Numbered from the stretch's first letter, positions 44,792 through 59,909 are shown. The stretch: DNA of 64,000 nucleotides from Plasmodiophora brassicae (GCA_036867785.1 CP145415.1:620001-684000); one strand, 5' to 3'. Translations and numbers: made by a program. Notes: a model not told the origin generated them from the sequence alone.

Positions 44792-47700
44792 ATGTCGTCC
44801 CGTCTGCTGCGCGTTCGGGAGGACTCCATGACACGCGGCGTGAACCTGTCGACGTCGGAGCACGGCGGCGGTGAGGTGGCCCGGTTGATTGCCCGTCTCG
44901 ATGCGTCGTCGTCGGCGATGAAGAAGACGAAGGGCAATTCGGCGAAGGCGGCCATCAAGGATTTCGCCACGTACTACTTCGACAACCTGCCGGAGTTGGA
45001 CTCCGACACGGTCGGGAGGCTGGTGGAACGACTGGTTCAGGCCAGCGGCGCCGTCACCTGGAAGCAGATGCGGGAGTTGAAACTGTCGAGGTCAGCCGTT
45101 GGACACTGGACAGCGGCCTACTGATCCGTCTAATTCGTGACGTACTACCAGTGTCCACGCCCTCGAACTTCTCGCCAGACTCCTAGATCCGGAAACGAAC
45201 CAGTATGCTTCAGAGTACAGAAACGCACTCGGAACCATACCAATCAAGGTCACTTGTCCGGATGCTCGGACTCGGAACGCGTTAACTGACAACGACGTCG
45301 CAGAGCTTTCGCGACATGAAACTTGACAAGCATCTGACGTCCAGTAATGCGCAACCTGATGTCGCATGCTTGGTCGTCTCGATACTGCTCGAACTGCGCT
45401 CCGATGTAGCGCTGGAATCCATTTGTGACTCCACGTCGGCGCAGAGAACGTATCGCGCGTGGGAGGACGAGCAGAACAATGTCGAAGAGAATGTTGAAGA
45501 GGCTGTGAAAGACGACGGACGTTACTTCACAGTGAAGGTCGTCAAGGATCCCACCGCATGGTGTGATGTTAACATCGAAGACCTCCACAAACTGGTTGAG
45601 GAGTTCAACGACCCCAACGACGACTCGGAAGATCAGGTCAAGAAGAATCGGGAGGAGTTTGGCGATGCAGAGGAAGACACGGGGCAGCCGCGTGATCCCC
45701 TTGGTATCAAGACCATTGATTCGAAGACGCTTCAGAAGAGCAAACAAAAGTCCAAATTCTGGGCTAAACGACTTCGACTGACCACCAAGAAGCGCGATAG
45801 CGCCGGTGCAGACGGCGAAGTTTCAAAGACACCGGCAGAAGATGCTATGGCGGGTGCGGTTGACAGTGCTGCTGAGAATGACCTCTTGGACGAATCGCAC
45901 CTGGCTCTCGGATCCATCTCGCCGTATGATGAAGATTTTAACCCGGTACTATACTTGCTAGACGTACATCGTTCGACGCCCTTCCCGAAACTTCGACAAG
46001 GATTGGACAATTTGCGGAAGGTGTGTTCCGCCGGTGATACTATCCACTGCAGGCACTCCAACCGCTGTGTACAGGTGGTTAACAATCGGCAGAACCTAAT
46101 GCGGGAGCTTGTTCAAGATCACTTCGACCAGTTCGTGAGCTGCAAGGATGCGATCGACTCGATGTACGTCTCCGATGCAATTGCTGACTGTGTGTATATG
46201 TCTCATTTCGTCATTTTGCAGCCACGAGCTTCTTTCAACTGAAGTGGAGTTGAGCAAAGCCGGGCGCGTCAATCAAAGCAACACTGGTGCCGTGATCCCA
46301 CCCCTTAAGGCGATTCTGCAGAAGATCAACACCGTATACACCCCATTGTTCCAGCGGAAAGAAGAAGCCGACCGCATTCGCCATGCATTAACCGTCCTGA
46401 AACGACATCACCTGTTGTTTTCAATGCCTGGGCAGCTTACCCGGAATATAAAGGTCGGGCTATTTGGTCTACTTGTGGCTGCTCTAACGGGAACGTCAAC
46501 GCGCAGATGCGAAGATACGATGCTGCTGTGCGAGACTATCGACGTGTTACGACGTTTCGCGGCATCAATGTCGACCTTTTAGAGCAAGTCGTTTCCGAGA
46601 TCCATAGAATCGTTGACCGGTTTAGGGATGGGCTGCTCACACAACTGTACAATCAAGAAACCAGCTACGACGACCAGCTGCGTCTGATTGGGTACGCAAG
46701 CTTCGAGTCATGGTGAAATTCGCGTTTGCCGTCACCTGAACCTGTGACAGGTATCTTGTCGATTTGGACTGCAAGGAGGATCCCGCTTGGCATCTGCTCG
46801 GTCATTTCCAGGACTGGCTGTGCGCTGATATTGATCGATATGGGCAGCAGGCGGAATCGGATGGACTCATCGGGGGTGACGGCGAATCTGAGGACGTGGA
46901 CCGTGCCCAAGGACCGACAGTTGCCTACTTATCACGTGAACACTCTATTTCCCAAGTCCTAACCGGCGTCATCACAGCATCCAGGTAATTCCATTAGTGC
47001 TGAAGGGTCTTCTGCCCAACTCATGGCTATCTGCAGGAATCGTTTACCTATGATACGGGACCTTGCCAGTCTGATTGTGGCAGGATCTATTGGAATCGTA
47101 AACTCTGTGGCAAGCAGCGCGCTTCTGTTTTCTGACCCTACCATCAGGCGAAATCCGGGAATGAATTGTCCAAGTGCCGTGACGAGTGAGCAGAACTATG
47201 TTGTCGAGAAACGTCATCTTACCGTATCCGGTAGTGTGAATAGGGTTTTCTCAAATATCTGCTCGAAGTTCAGTCGCTTGGCTCGTTCGCTTGTCCTGGC
47301 GACTGGAGAGTTGCCCCATGTTACAGAGGCAACTCAGAAGAACATCTGTGCCATCTTGGCATTTCTGGAGTTTATGCATGAACTCCACGACATTCCCGAT
47401 GTTGGATAACGCATGCAGCTGATTATTTCAGTATCTAATCATAACGCTTTAGGAAGCCATTCGATGCTTGCGTGACCTATGTGAGCATTGTGCTAACGCA
47501 TTTGCAGAGGCAACACTGCAGAAGTGTCTCTTGAGTATAGTGGCAACTGTAAAGGGCGAAGATTGGGTTCGTCGCTCTGTTGTATTTTCTTTCAGACCCC
47601 CTGAACAATCCACATCTGCAGAGTTATGGTGACACTGACGGGTTAAAACCCACGAAAGCGCCCGCGCAGCTAAAGGATGCTATTTCATCCGCACTGCAAT

Positions 47701-48902
47701 CTATTGGCACGATTTATCAATCGTCGCCCCATAGCACTAACGAAGCGTGGCTGGCTATCACGGTCCCTCTCGTTCATTGTGTGAATAGCTTTCAAACTGA
47801 TCGTCTTGCAGGTTGGTCCACGTCTGCTCGAGATGCTCCGCGTGTTCTGCGACTGCGTCCACCAAGAGGTGACAGTCCTATCTTCGCACCCCGATACAGG
47901 CGATCCGTCTTCGGATGGAAACGCTCGCAAACAACATCCTGATGACGCGGTTGTACTTATTGCTTTTGTTGCCGCATCATCTGTGTTGTCGCCGTTCTGA
48001 CGAAGTTGGCAGGGACGTCGTCTGCTGCTTCTGCTGAATAACGTAATGTTTTGTCGGACGACTGTTGCGGGTGATATCTGGGATCAGTTCACCGACATGA
48101 TACCCGAGTTCTCGATGAAATCCCTGAACTCTGCTTTCAGCGTCTGTTCCCTCGCGAATCGACGTACGCTGCCGTCTTACAGTTTGCCGACAGGATTTAA
48201 TTGACGTCATCCTTGTCCTCGAGCGCGTCATTATCGATGCTTATGTCCGTCGGCAGGCGCTGGCCCTTGCAAAGCATGTTGAAAGAGGGACCATGCTTTG
48301 CGGGATATCGTGGGAGGACGCACCGTCTGCGAAAGGTATCCGAATCTGGTATCGGTTGCAAACCGTATGAATGTTCACCTATGGTCAGATGTTCGTGGAT
48401 ATATATTCGAGATTCTTATTCACCTGGTCCTCGTCCACGAACAGCTATACAGCCTCGGCGTCGATGAGGATATTGCATCGTCCATCCTGTCGCAGCTGGT
48501 GCTGCAAGTTGCCCTTGCGTTTGATTTCTTCATCAGCAAGATTGACAGGTGACGACGCGTCCCTGCTGTATGCGGAACGATTCCAATGAGGTTATGTTTC
48601 TGCAGGATGAATACCGTTGGCAGTGACCAGTTAACGCTCGAGATCGAGTTCTTTGAGTTCACTGTAGCAAATCTCATTGCGAAGCGGGCGGAAACCCATG
48701 GCGTGCTTCGTAGAGCAACAGGCCGTTTGAAATCCTGTATCGTTGGCGACAGTCCGTCGCACAGCAAGCACAGTAAGTTGCCTTGTGATGCACCATCCGG
48801 CGTTGCCGTTGATCGTGTGTTCCTGTAGGTTCGTCACGGAAGGAATTGCTAGATGCTGCGAAGGCGTCGAGTGCCGCCATGTTTGAATGCTTCTCTGTGT
48901 AG
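44792..48902 (+). CDS. SEC5: Exocyst component Sec5/EXOC2, multi-exon
   Basis: DPLG, FNPVLYLLDVHRSTPFPKLRQGL, LVQDHFDQFVSCKDAID, RIRHALTVLKR..LFSMP, YDAAVRDYRR, DPAW, QLTLEIEF, MFECF. Confidence 0.9.
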
Positions 48903-48927
48903 AATGAACGATCAATGCCTGTATTAA

Positions 48928-49288
48928 CCTCACCTCAGTCACACATCGAAATAGTCACAAACCCCACTTTGGTCACACGAAGCGAGTTCACGTCAGCTAA
49001 GAACGGGGGTGTGATTATCCCGCGATAGTCACATCCTGTGCAAGATAGGCGGCGAATGGGAACGGGACCATAAGGCATTACAGGCGGTTCTCAGGGTACC
49101 TCCCCGTCACCACGAGTTGTGAGTTATTCTTACAGATGAGCAGCCGGTGCTCGTTGAAAATGAGTTGTCTCTTTATCACGTTTATCAGATGACACGTAAC
49201 TCGCCAAGCTTAAACACCTGACGGTGGCTGGCCTCAGCAATCGTAGTTGACAACACCCCCGGTATAATTGTATGTGACAAAACTGAGG
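48928..49288. mobile_element. Putative piggyBac-like MITE, 361 bp
   Basis: TTAA on both flanks. Termini read CCTCA-N5-GTCACA on both strands. Non-coding and more AT-rich than the surrounding genes. Confidence 0.55.
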
Positions 49289-49336
49289 TTAAGCTCTGTA
49301 TCAGGAAGCCATACGCGCTGCTCCGCCTGAACTGGC

Positions 49337-51414
49337 CTAACGCGCTTGGCCGAGTAGCTCTCCCAGCATCCGCCTGGTTTTCTCACTAAGAAGAAGCTGC
49401 GACTGTTCGAACTTCAACGCCGCTAATCTGCCCAGAGATTCGACGAACTCGTCGTACGTCACCTCAACGTCCTTGTTCCCTTTCAGGAACGGGGCAGCCT
49501 TGGACACGCCGTGCACCTGGCGCAAGCAGTCCTTCAGTGGGAAGCCCGGGTCTCGAAACGATACCTGATGCACCTGAAGGACTCTCTTTGTAGGGACATT
49601 AGCAACGACGTGCCCAACAGCACTGAGAAACTGCCTGCCGTTCATAACCGGTTCGCCTTCGCCGTTTGCGGACGCATTGGCTTGGAACACAGTCTTCAGC
49701 GTCTTCGACCAACGGATCAGTTCGCCCTGCAGAACCCGTGTCAATCGCACACGCCCATCCTTCTGTAAGCAGCACCGTACCATGACGCTGGGGTCATGAA
49801 CCTTCGGTCCAAGGTCATCGCCGACTAGTTTGCCTGCCAGCTCCATGAGCCCTTTGGCAGACGCTGCGTACTTATCGCCCGGCTCCATTGTCGGATCATG
49901 ACCAGGCTCACGCAGCGACGCCCTCACGATGACTTCCATGAACTCTCCTGTCAACCACGATACTGAGCATATCGTGATCCTGCGCATAATCGCTCTTACC
50001 TCGACTCAACAGCCGATCGGGCGCCCTGTCGTCTCTGACAGGTTTGCTGGCATCCGCCTTTGCACCCGGCTTATCATCGACTTTGTCCTCCTCGATCGAC
50101 GCTCGGTCATACACCGCGTCGATCGTCAGCCGCCCGTGGTGCAGGCCCGCCTCACGGGCGAATCCCACCGCCTCCTCCAACTTCACGTATCCGATACGGT
50201 CGGCTCTCGTGCACGCCACGTATTTGAACAGGAACTGGAACGCCGCGTAATCCTGGAACACCCTCTGCAAGCACCGCCTTTGTCTCAGTGTTCGTGCAAG
50301 CAGACGCGTTCGTGCGTGCTGATACGATCTTCAGGTGGGTGCGCTGGTCGGTGCCTCCTTTGATGATGTCCGACAAGCGTACGTCCTTCCAGTCGTCATC
50401 GAACTGCTTCAGCTTCTCGTAGTTGTCCAGTTCGCTCTTCTCTCCTGGCTTCTGTCGCCGAGGCGTCCGCGGCGACCCAGTTAATCGTGGCGATATGATC
50501 GTTGCCCCGGTGGCCGCCGCCAGCGACAGCCTCGTCATCCCATGCTTCCCTCTGACAAACGGATCGCCGCGCCTTGGCCGAATCGCGTTGAACGACTCCC
50601 CTGCGCATTGCACAGGTCAGGTTGGCAAAGTACGATAACGCGCTCGGGCGGGGCTTGCCTTCGTTGTCGTGCACCTTCTGATACCGGTCGCTTAGGACGT
50701 CCTGATCGCCGACCACGAACCGGAATATGACGAGGGCCTCCGGTGGCACCTTGATCGTCGTCGCGAGGTCGTTGCCGTCGGCTTTCGTCATTTGCACCGG
50801 CGTTGCCCACCCGTTGAAATTCCCGATCAGGCGCACAGCACCATCTGGCGCTGCTTTACCTTGGGGGAGCGTGTAGACGATACGGACGCTGACGTATGTC
50901 GACGGGTCACAGTAGGCGAACAGTTCCCAGATGGACCTCTCCCTGGGCACCAGCTGGTCGTCTCGTTGGATACCGGGACCTGTGTTCCCGTTGTGAGAGG
51001 CCGATGACAACGTGAAGTGCGGTCGGTTTGTTACCGAGGACCTCCACGACGACGGTCTCTTTGTCGGTGCACCGTTCGACGATGGTCTGCCACGGGAACA
51101 ACGCCAGGCGCTCGCTGTTGACGATGTTGATCGGCAGGAACTGGGATTGGTGATGATGGAACATCCGACAGAACTGCTGGCAGGCCTGGACAAGCACCGA
51201 CCTGAGTGCCTGGACAGAGGTGCCGTCCCAGCTGTTGCCTGCATACGATGGTGCCCAGCCACTTCCAGGTCTGTTTGCCATCGCCACATGCGATTGTGAA
51301 CGCCAACGGCAGCTTGGCGATATCAGCGTTACGCGCCAGGTGCTGGGGTGCGAATGGTTCGTCCCGTCCAACGACGACGACCTTCGCGACAATACGCATG
51401 ACGCCAGGTGCCAT
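49337..51414 (-). CDS. Hypothetical protein with AMPK-beta/CBM48-type glycan-binding domain and EF-hand-like C-terminus, spliced
   Basis: VRLIGNFNGWATPVQM..FRFVVGD..VHDNEG, N-terminal CGDGKQTWKWL, EFMEVIVR, VTYDEFVESLGRLA. Confidence 0.7.
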
Positions 51415-51524
51415 CGTCGTTCCCCAATGTTCTTCGTCACAGAGTTGCACAGGGTCGTTTGGCACGGGCGGCACACGACGTGTAGAATAGGTGAGGCGCG
51501 CTCAATTGTATGTACAATCGGGTT

Positions 51525-53059
51525 CTATGACGTCGTCGGCCGTACGATGTTATGCTGGCTATGCAGATGCCAATCCAGATCGGCGCTGGTCGAGAACGAC
51601 TGCTGGCACAGCCGGCAGTTGAAGAACGACACGTCAATGGCCAGGTCGCTGCTGCTCGACGTGTGGGCGTCGTCGTCTTCGTCCGGATCAACGTCATCTA
51701 GACCGTATTCCTCATCGTTGCCTCCATCGAGATCGTCCTTGTTGTCGTCTATTCTCGGCGATGGCTCTGTGACGCTGCTGCTTGCCGAAGCCACGCCTGA
51801 TCGTTGCGATGCTTCCGGGTGCGCTGACGCCTACCGTGATACGGTCAGGAACGCGCCGGCATTACACACCACGTGGGTTACCAGATGACGATGAAGCCTG
51901 CCCGGCGTTGTGAACGACTTTGGGCAGAGCTGGCAGTCGGTGGGCCCCCGTTCCACCTGTTTCGGCGGGGCCGGGACGCCATGCTTCGCCTGCATGTGAT
52001 GGTTCAGCCTGCCGAACGTCGTGAACGTCTTCTGGCAGACGGGGCATTCTTCCGGTTGCCGCTCGTGGACCCTGTTCGCGTTTGACGGTTAGCATGAGCC
52101 CTGGTAAGGCGCTAGACGCTTCCAAAGGCATACTGTTGGTGGATCTTCAGCTTACTCCGGCAGATGAACGCCTTCGAGCAGATCTCGCACTTGAACGGCC
52201 TGGCGCCTGTATGTACCCTTTCGTGTGTTGTCAGCTGTTGCCATAGCAGCCGTGTTAGTTCCGAATCGCACAGCGCCATTGGCCTCGTTGGCGTCTACCG
52301 TGTGTTTCTGAGTGAACGACTTCAAGCAGATCGTACACTGAAATGGCTTCTGTCCTGTGTGCGTCAGCAGGTGCGACTTCAGGTTGCCTTTCGTCGACGA
52401 CGTCTTGCCTGGACGAAGAGGCGTCAAAAGGGTGATCCGACATGAGAGGCGAGCAATGCTGGACCGCAGATGGGGCAACTGTGTCCCGAGTTCTGGTCGT
52501 GGATACGCTCGTGAACGCGGACGGAACCTTTCTGGCTGAACTGTTTGCCACATATGGAGCAGGCGTACTCAGATGGGTTGCTGTGGCTGGCGATGTGGTT
52601 GGCCAGGTTCGCCTTGTGGATGAAACGCCGTCCGCAGATGGTGCACGCGTGGGGTTTCGAGTCCACCGCGTCGTCGCTCTTGTTCACGTCGCTTGCGGCA
52701 GTCTCTTTCGACAACGGTGCCTCCCGCTGCATAACAGCGGCGAAGTGGGCCAGCGTCATGATGCCGGACGCGGCATCACCACCGCCGTTCGCGGTTTCGC
52801 TCATGGGAACGAGGGCGGGCTGTACTTCCGCTCCACTATGTATGTATGTGCTGCCAACCACGCACGCAACCTCGGGTACGATCGACTCGCGATACGATGA
52901 TATCCCAAATGACCTGCCGGCCTGGTCGACATTGCCCACCTTCTGGACACTCATTCTCGATCGACACGTTCGCGGTAGGCGCGCCTCGTTCTCGAACAGG
53001 TCCCCATCGTACGAGACCTGCTCGTTTTCGCAGACTGGTGCAGGTACGACTTCCTGCAT
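51525..53059 (-). CDS. Multi-C2H2 zinc-finger transcription factor, spliced
   Basis: [33 protein letters not shown], linker [12 protein letters not shown], further fingers to 51560. Confidence 0.92.
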
Positions 53060-53319
53060 CGCACCCCGACTGCAGCCGCGCGAGCTGCGTGCTTGCTGCA
53101 GTGCTGCTCGAACCGGGAACCCCTCCCGCGTCCGGATAAAAATCACTGGCGCAGTCTCGCAGTTTTTATACCGCGGACTGGAGCCTCAGATTTTTGGTGC
53201 GGCGTCACTTTTTGGGCGGCGCGGGAGTCGCACATCCGGCGGCAGCCGTGGTGCGCCTGCCCTCGCAGCGTGCCGCACTCGCAGGTCATTCGTGTAATTT
53301 GCCAGCGGCAGCGGGCATC

Positions 53320-54937
53320 ATGGCGCTGAAGCAGACGATGTTGTCTGGGGCGACGAGGCCGGCGGCGTCGCCTGTCGCGCCGACCGACGATGTTGACGTC
53401 GACGACGACAGGCCCGCCAAGAAGGCGAAGGTCGTACGCGAGCAGATCGCGATCGCGTTCGACGAGATCGAAACGGTCGTGTCGGAGAATTTCTCGCAGT
53501 GCGCATGGGCGAAACCGGCGCTGGAGAAGCTGGCCGATGCGAAGCACAGACCGACTGGCTCCGCCCTCTCCAAAATCGTCAAGAGCGCACTGCTCGCTGC
53601 GAACACGGCGTTAACGCGCAAGGAGAAACAGTGCACGAAACTGCAGGAGAAGGTTCAGGCCCTCGAGTCCAGGTTGGTATCGTCGGTTTGCGACCGTATT
53701 CGTTGCAAACCTGACGTCATGCAATGTCCAGGCTGTCCAAGAAAGCTGCCGCGGCTGACGCGCCGTCTAAGTTGGCAACGGCGAAGCGTGCCGCGGAAAT
53801 TGCTTCCCACAGTATCAAGGACGAGAAGCCGATCGTTGTCATTGAGGACGTATCGTTCGTGAAGCCGTGGGGAAAATTCACAGTTACAGTATTTCCTTCC
53901 GCAATTCAGCTGTCGAACAAGAAGGGCGAGACGTACAGCGTCCTGGTGGGCAATATCGACAGCGTCATCCATGTTGCGATCCCGACAACTAAAGACGAGG
54001 TTGTTACCCTACCTCTGTCCCATGCTCTTACGGTTGGCAAAACGCAGCACGATACGCTGGTGATGAAATTCAAACCGGGTGACGAGCTTGGGGAATCGGT
54101 GTTGAAGTCGATTAAGGATCCGTTCAAGGAGTACACTGTCCAGGACTTGAAGGCGATGCTGACTGATTCGCCTGCGTCTGTGGCGACCGCATCGCTGGTA
54201 TCGGCCGTCACCGCGCGCGACACGATCGAGAGGTGCAATGAGAACCTGTTCAAGAGCAGTGGAGGTGGTGACCGGACATGCATAACTTGCCACTGCAAAG
54301 CGCAGCATGGCGTCCTTATCCCACTGCCTGGCGGGTTCCTGTTCGGTCTGAAGCCGCTCCTCTGGTTGCCAAAGTCTCAGATCCAGCGCGTTGAGTTCAT
54401 TCGCGCGTCTCGATACTTCGAGTTGATCGTCGTTATGAAAGGCACGGGCACATCGCACAGTTTCGAGATGATTGATATAGAGGAGGAGCCCGGCCTGGCA
54501 AGGTATTGTGCCCTGCAGAGGTTCGGCGAGGAAGAGCGGGGCGGCAAAGGTGAAGCCGCCGCTGGCTCGGATGATGTAAGCGTCGAATGTCGCTATTCGT
54601 TACGTCCGGTCTGATATGCTCTTGTTAGGAAACCGACGACGAAGGGCCCGTGCGTGCCCGCGATGAGGACGACTATGACGAGGATGACGATAGCGACTAC
54701 TGTGTGCACTCCGACTCGTCAGTACCGGAAGACTACGACAGCGATATTGAGGAAGACGAGGAGACAGATGACGAGGAGGAGGACGGCGACGTCGAAGTCG
54801 ATGAGGATAAAAGTGATGCATCAGGCGAGGACGCCGATGATGAGGACAAGGGGTCTTCCTCAGCGAGGGCATCATCAGGTCGCGGCCATGAGCTGTCAGG
54901 GTTTGCTGTTGTCGCTGACGAATCCGATACCGAATGA
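53320..54937 (+). CDS. Rtt106/SSRP1-like double-PH histone chaperone with acidic tail, spliced
   Basis: DVSFVKPWGKF, ITCHCKAQHGVLIPLPGGFLFGLKPLLWLP..I..VEF..SRYFEL..FEMID, long D/E tail. Confidence 0.82.
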
Positions 54938-55138
54938 ATGCGCATACTGTTCCCTATTGTAGAACGTTCCATGGCCATACGCATTGTGTTATGTCCTTTG
55001 TAAAGCGAGCGGATCGACCGGCAACGGTAACGTTTGAAACACGCGGTCGAAAAAAACGTCGCGGAAATTTGTGCGCAATTTTCTGGGCGGGTGGAGCGAA
55101 CGTGCCGAGACCGGCGGGTGTGGGCGAGCGGCGGCTCC

Positions 55139-56768
<1,630 letters not shown>

Positions 56769-57487
56769 CCCCATATTATTTTATTTGCCACCCGACTAGA
56801 ATATACATGTGATAGGTCATGGTCCAAGACGCAGGATCACATGCATGCCTGTTCAACCCGCAGGATGACGTTGCTGTCGCTACCTGTAGATATGGCGGAA
56901 GTAGGTACACGAGTGCTAACCTTTGGTACCGCGGCACATGGCGGGCGTTCCCATATCGAGGAACAACTTCTTGCAGTCGAAGTGTCGCGCGGCCAGCGTT
57001 CGCAGCAACAACGCCAACAGCGGCCAATCCTGGGAGGTGTCCACAATTCCTCATTTTCGACCGCAGCTGCTTGTTTGATGAACCGCTATTGCAATGTCGC
57101 GACCGTATATACGACGAGAGAGAATGTATCGAAATGCAAACGTCATCGCGCTCAGAACGATGTGCGACCGACAATCTGCTGGGCCGACTACGTCATGGTC
57201 CGTTGCAGGCAGACAGCGGCCCTCCTCCTCATCCTTGGGCCGCGCTTGGCGCTGGACAGTTCAACCGGGCGTACTTCTTGTCGTCCTGCGCGGTTGTACC
57301 TCGTGGCCCGTGTCAGATATGTTGGCCGGGCGGGATGCCGACAGCCAGTCTGTAACGTCAACGCTGAGCCAGGCGGTTCCGATTCAGCAGGTGCTGTATC
57401 CTCAGTGTCGCAGTCCCCACCGGCCAGGCCCTACACAGCTAGCTCCAGCGTAACCTCCTTCTGGGCTCGCAGTAAACCCGCTATCCT

Positions 57488-58273
57488 ATGCGAACCGTTA
57501 TCGGCGTCATCGTTGCCGTGCTGTACGCGGTCGCCTGCTCGGCAGCGCTATCACCGGCGACCGAATGCGACCAGCACTTCTCGTACATTCGGGCGCAAGC
57601 AACGTACCGCGAGGCGAGCCTGAACAGCACGTCCTGGACGACGCGTACGATGGCATACGTTTACCGGAACTGGTTCCTGACCTATCGCGCCTGGTGGTAC
57701 TTACATCTCGCGTGTGCTCGCCGAGTCCCTCGCCCGATCGTGGACGCCCTGAACCGAGTCGCAGAGAACGCCGCCATTCCAGGGGTTGATCACAACCTTC
57801 TTCACGGGTTCAAGTACGTCGACAGCCAGTTCGACGGCACCCTGACGAAGAACACGACGACCCGATTGGAAACGGCGTTGAAAGTGCTGGCGGTGTCCGA
57901 GCGCCTCGCGGAGCACCTCCCCATCCAGATCAGGGAGTCGCAGACCGGCGAGTCGTTGTTCCAGCTGTTCGGCATCATCGACCAGCTCGTCTACATCGAC
58001 AGGTCGATCGAGAACAGCATCCGGGCCGGGCACGTCACCTGCCTGGACAACGAGACGCTCGCCGAGATCCGCGAGCACTATCATCGCGCACAGCACTTCC
58101 ACGAAGCGCATGGCCCGGAGGCCTTTGGCCACCTGCTTCTATCCGTTTCCAAGGCCCTGGACGCCCCGTTGGCAACCGCGAACGCCACTCTCCAGGAAGC
58201 CTTCAACCTGATTCAGGCCACGATCGACGCCATAGAGTACACGCAGCAGCTGTTCTGCTTCAAGGCCTGGTAA
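57488..58273 (+). CDS. Secreted hypothetical protein (candidate effector), intronless
   Basis: Signal peptide MRTVIGVIVAVLYAVACSA, strong C/G third-position bias, 261 aa. Confidence 0.8.
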   Translation: MRTVIGVIVAVLYAVACSAALSPATECDQHFSYIRAQATYREASLNSTSWTTRTMAYVYRNWFLTYRAWWYLHLACARRVPRPIVDALNRVAENAAIPGVDHNLLHGFKYVDSQFDGTLTKNTTTRLETALKVLAVSERLAEHLPIQIRESQTGESLFQLFGIIDQLVYIDRSIENSIRAGHVTCLDNETLAEIREHYHRAQHFHEAHGPEAFGHLLLSVSKALDAPLATANATLQEAFNLIQATIDAIEYTQQLFCFKAW

Positions 58274-58555
58274 TCGGGCATATAAACTGAAACAGTCCGC
58301 GGCAGACGGGCGTGAGGCGACGACTGCTCCCATGGGCCCATCTCCGGTGCAGCTCCGCAGTCAGAGGCGCAGGATCGGTTCACCCCCCCGGACCGAAGCA
58401 GAGCAGCTCGTGGTCCGCGACTTGTCTGCCGACCGCAACTTGTTTCACAACCGGAACACCAGCAGCGTCACGGCCGGGGCCAAATTCCCGAAATAGGATT
58501 CGGGGCGTGGGCGAGTCGGCGACCCGCTGCGGGCACTCGCACAGGTTCGCGCCAG

Positions 58556-58816
58556 ATGGCGGACGAGGCGAAAGCGATCTCGCAGCGTCACCAGAAGTGG
58601 ATCGTGGACCTGCTTCGGGACAAGGGCGGGTCGTGCTCGTACGAGGACGTGGTCGTCGCCGGCGAAGCGCACCACTGCGACACGGTCGGCGCCATGCTGA
58701 AGATCCTGAAATCGCACAAGGTCATCGACTACAAGCAACCGTTCCTCATGTACCCGATGCACAAAGCCGACACGATCACGCTGCTGAACGCCTCGTTCAA
58801 CCCTCTGCAATCGTAA
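58556..58816 (+). CDS. Costars/ABRACL-like small winged-helix protein
   Basis: 86 aa. DTVGAMLKILKSHKVIDYKQPFLMYPMHKADTITLL fits the Costars pattern. Confidence 0.7.
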   Translation: MADEAKAISQRHQKWIVDLLRDKGGSCSYEDVVVAGEAHHCDTVGAMLKILKSHKVIDYKQPFLMYPMHKADTITLLNASFNPLQS

Positions 58817-58843
58817 ACCTCTACATACCGGATACGTTAATTA

Positions 58844-59909
58844 TTATTGTTCAGACGGGGCCCGCTGCCTAAGCGGCCGCTTCCGGCTGACCGGCGACGA
58901 CGTCGAGTCGTCGGATCGGTTCTGCTGCTGGACCTTACGGACGTGAACGTTCTTGATCGGCTCCCTGAATATCGACGGGTCCTGCTTCAGCAGGCTGTAC
59001 CATTTATGCTCCAGGCTCTTCGCCGTGCGACCCTTCCAGTCGTACTTCTCGCAGGCGTGTATGGGCACCCAGGCGCGCCCGAACGTCTCCACCGCCTCCA
59101 GCAGGTCCCGTGTCTCCTTCTCGGTCCACTTCAGGCTGCCTCCGCTTTGCCGTCCATCCTCCGACGCTCCGCTGCTGATTGCCCCCGGGCTCAACGTCCT
59201 CTGCCGCTTCCTGTCCCGACTCCTGTACGGGGACGGTGACGGCGACAACGGCAGCGAGAGTGGCATCGGCAGAACGGTCGGTGTAGGCCTGCGAGCGACG
59301 ACGACAGGTTCGGGAACGTGCGTGTCATCGGAGGAACCGTCATCACCTGGAGGACCGTTGTGCATCCGAAAGACGACGTAGGTGAAGTTCGGGACGCAGC
59401 AGGAGGCCTGCAGGCGCGCATAGGTGCCCGGGTCGTACGACGCGACGTCGACCTGGCACTGCCGGTCCAGAGACCGGACGGCGCACCACCCGGACAGCAT
59501 GCCCGGCGACCGGTCCAGCTCGCGGCACAGGCCCGTCGGGGTCGGCGCATCGCCCGACGATTCCACAACCCTGGCGATGACGCGCAGGAACGCGTCCAGG
59601 CCCGACTCGGTCATATCGTGGTCGACCAACGTCACCGTGAACGGCCCCGTTGACGTCCAGAGCTCGATGACGTTCCCGGCGCCGTCCATCGCGGGGAACG
59701 ATCTCGGGATCTCCCCGTCGGAGCGTTCCACTGTCCCGACCCCTGGGCCTAGTACTACAAAGGCACGGTGGTACCAGTGTACAGACACTGATCTGTCGCG
59801 TGTACGTACGGCTCCACGACGCGGCCGTGCTGGCCGGCCCCACTACTACTCGACACAGCGGGACGGGTTGCGCCGTCCTCCAACGGCAGTTCGCGCGCGC
59901 TTCCTTCAT
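58844..59909 (-). CDS. Myb/SANT (telobox-like) domain protein
   Basis: KWTEKETRDLLEAVETFGRAW..I......KGRTAKSLEHKWYSL. The 5' end is uncertain. Confidence 0.8.

Noticed and set aside
56819-57470. Overlapping ORFs between the CDK and the secreted protein
   Set aside because: Possible small spliced gene, but no frame or product could be supported.
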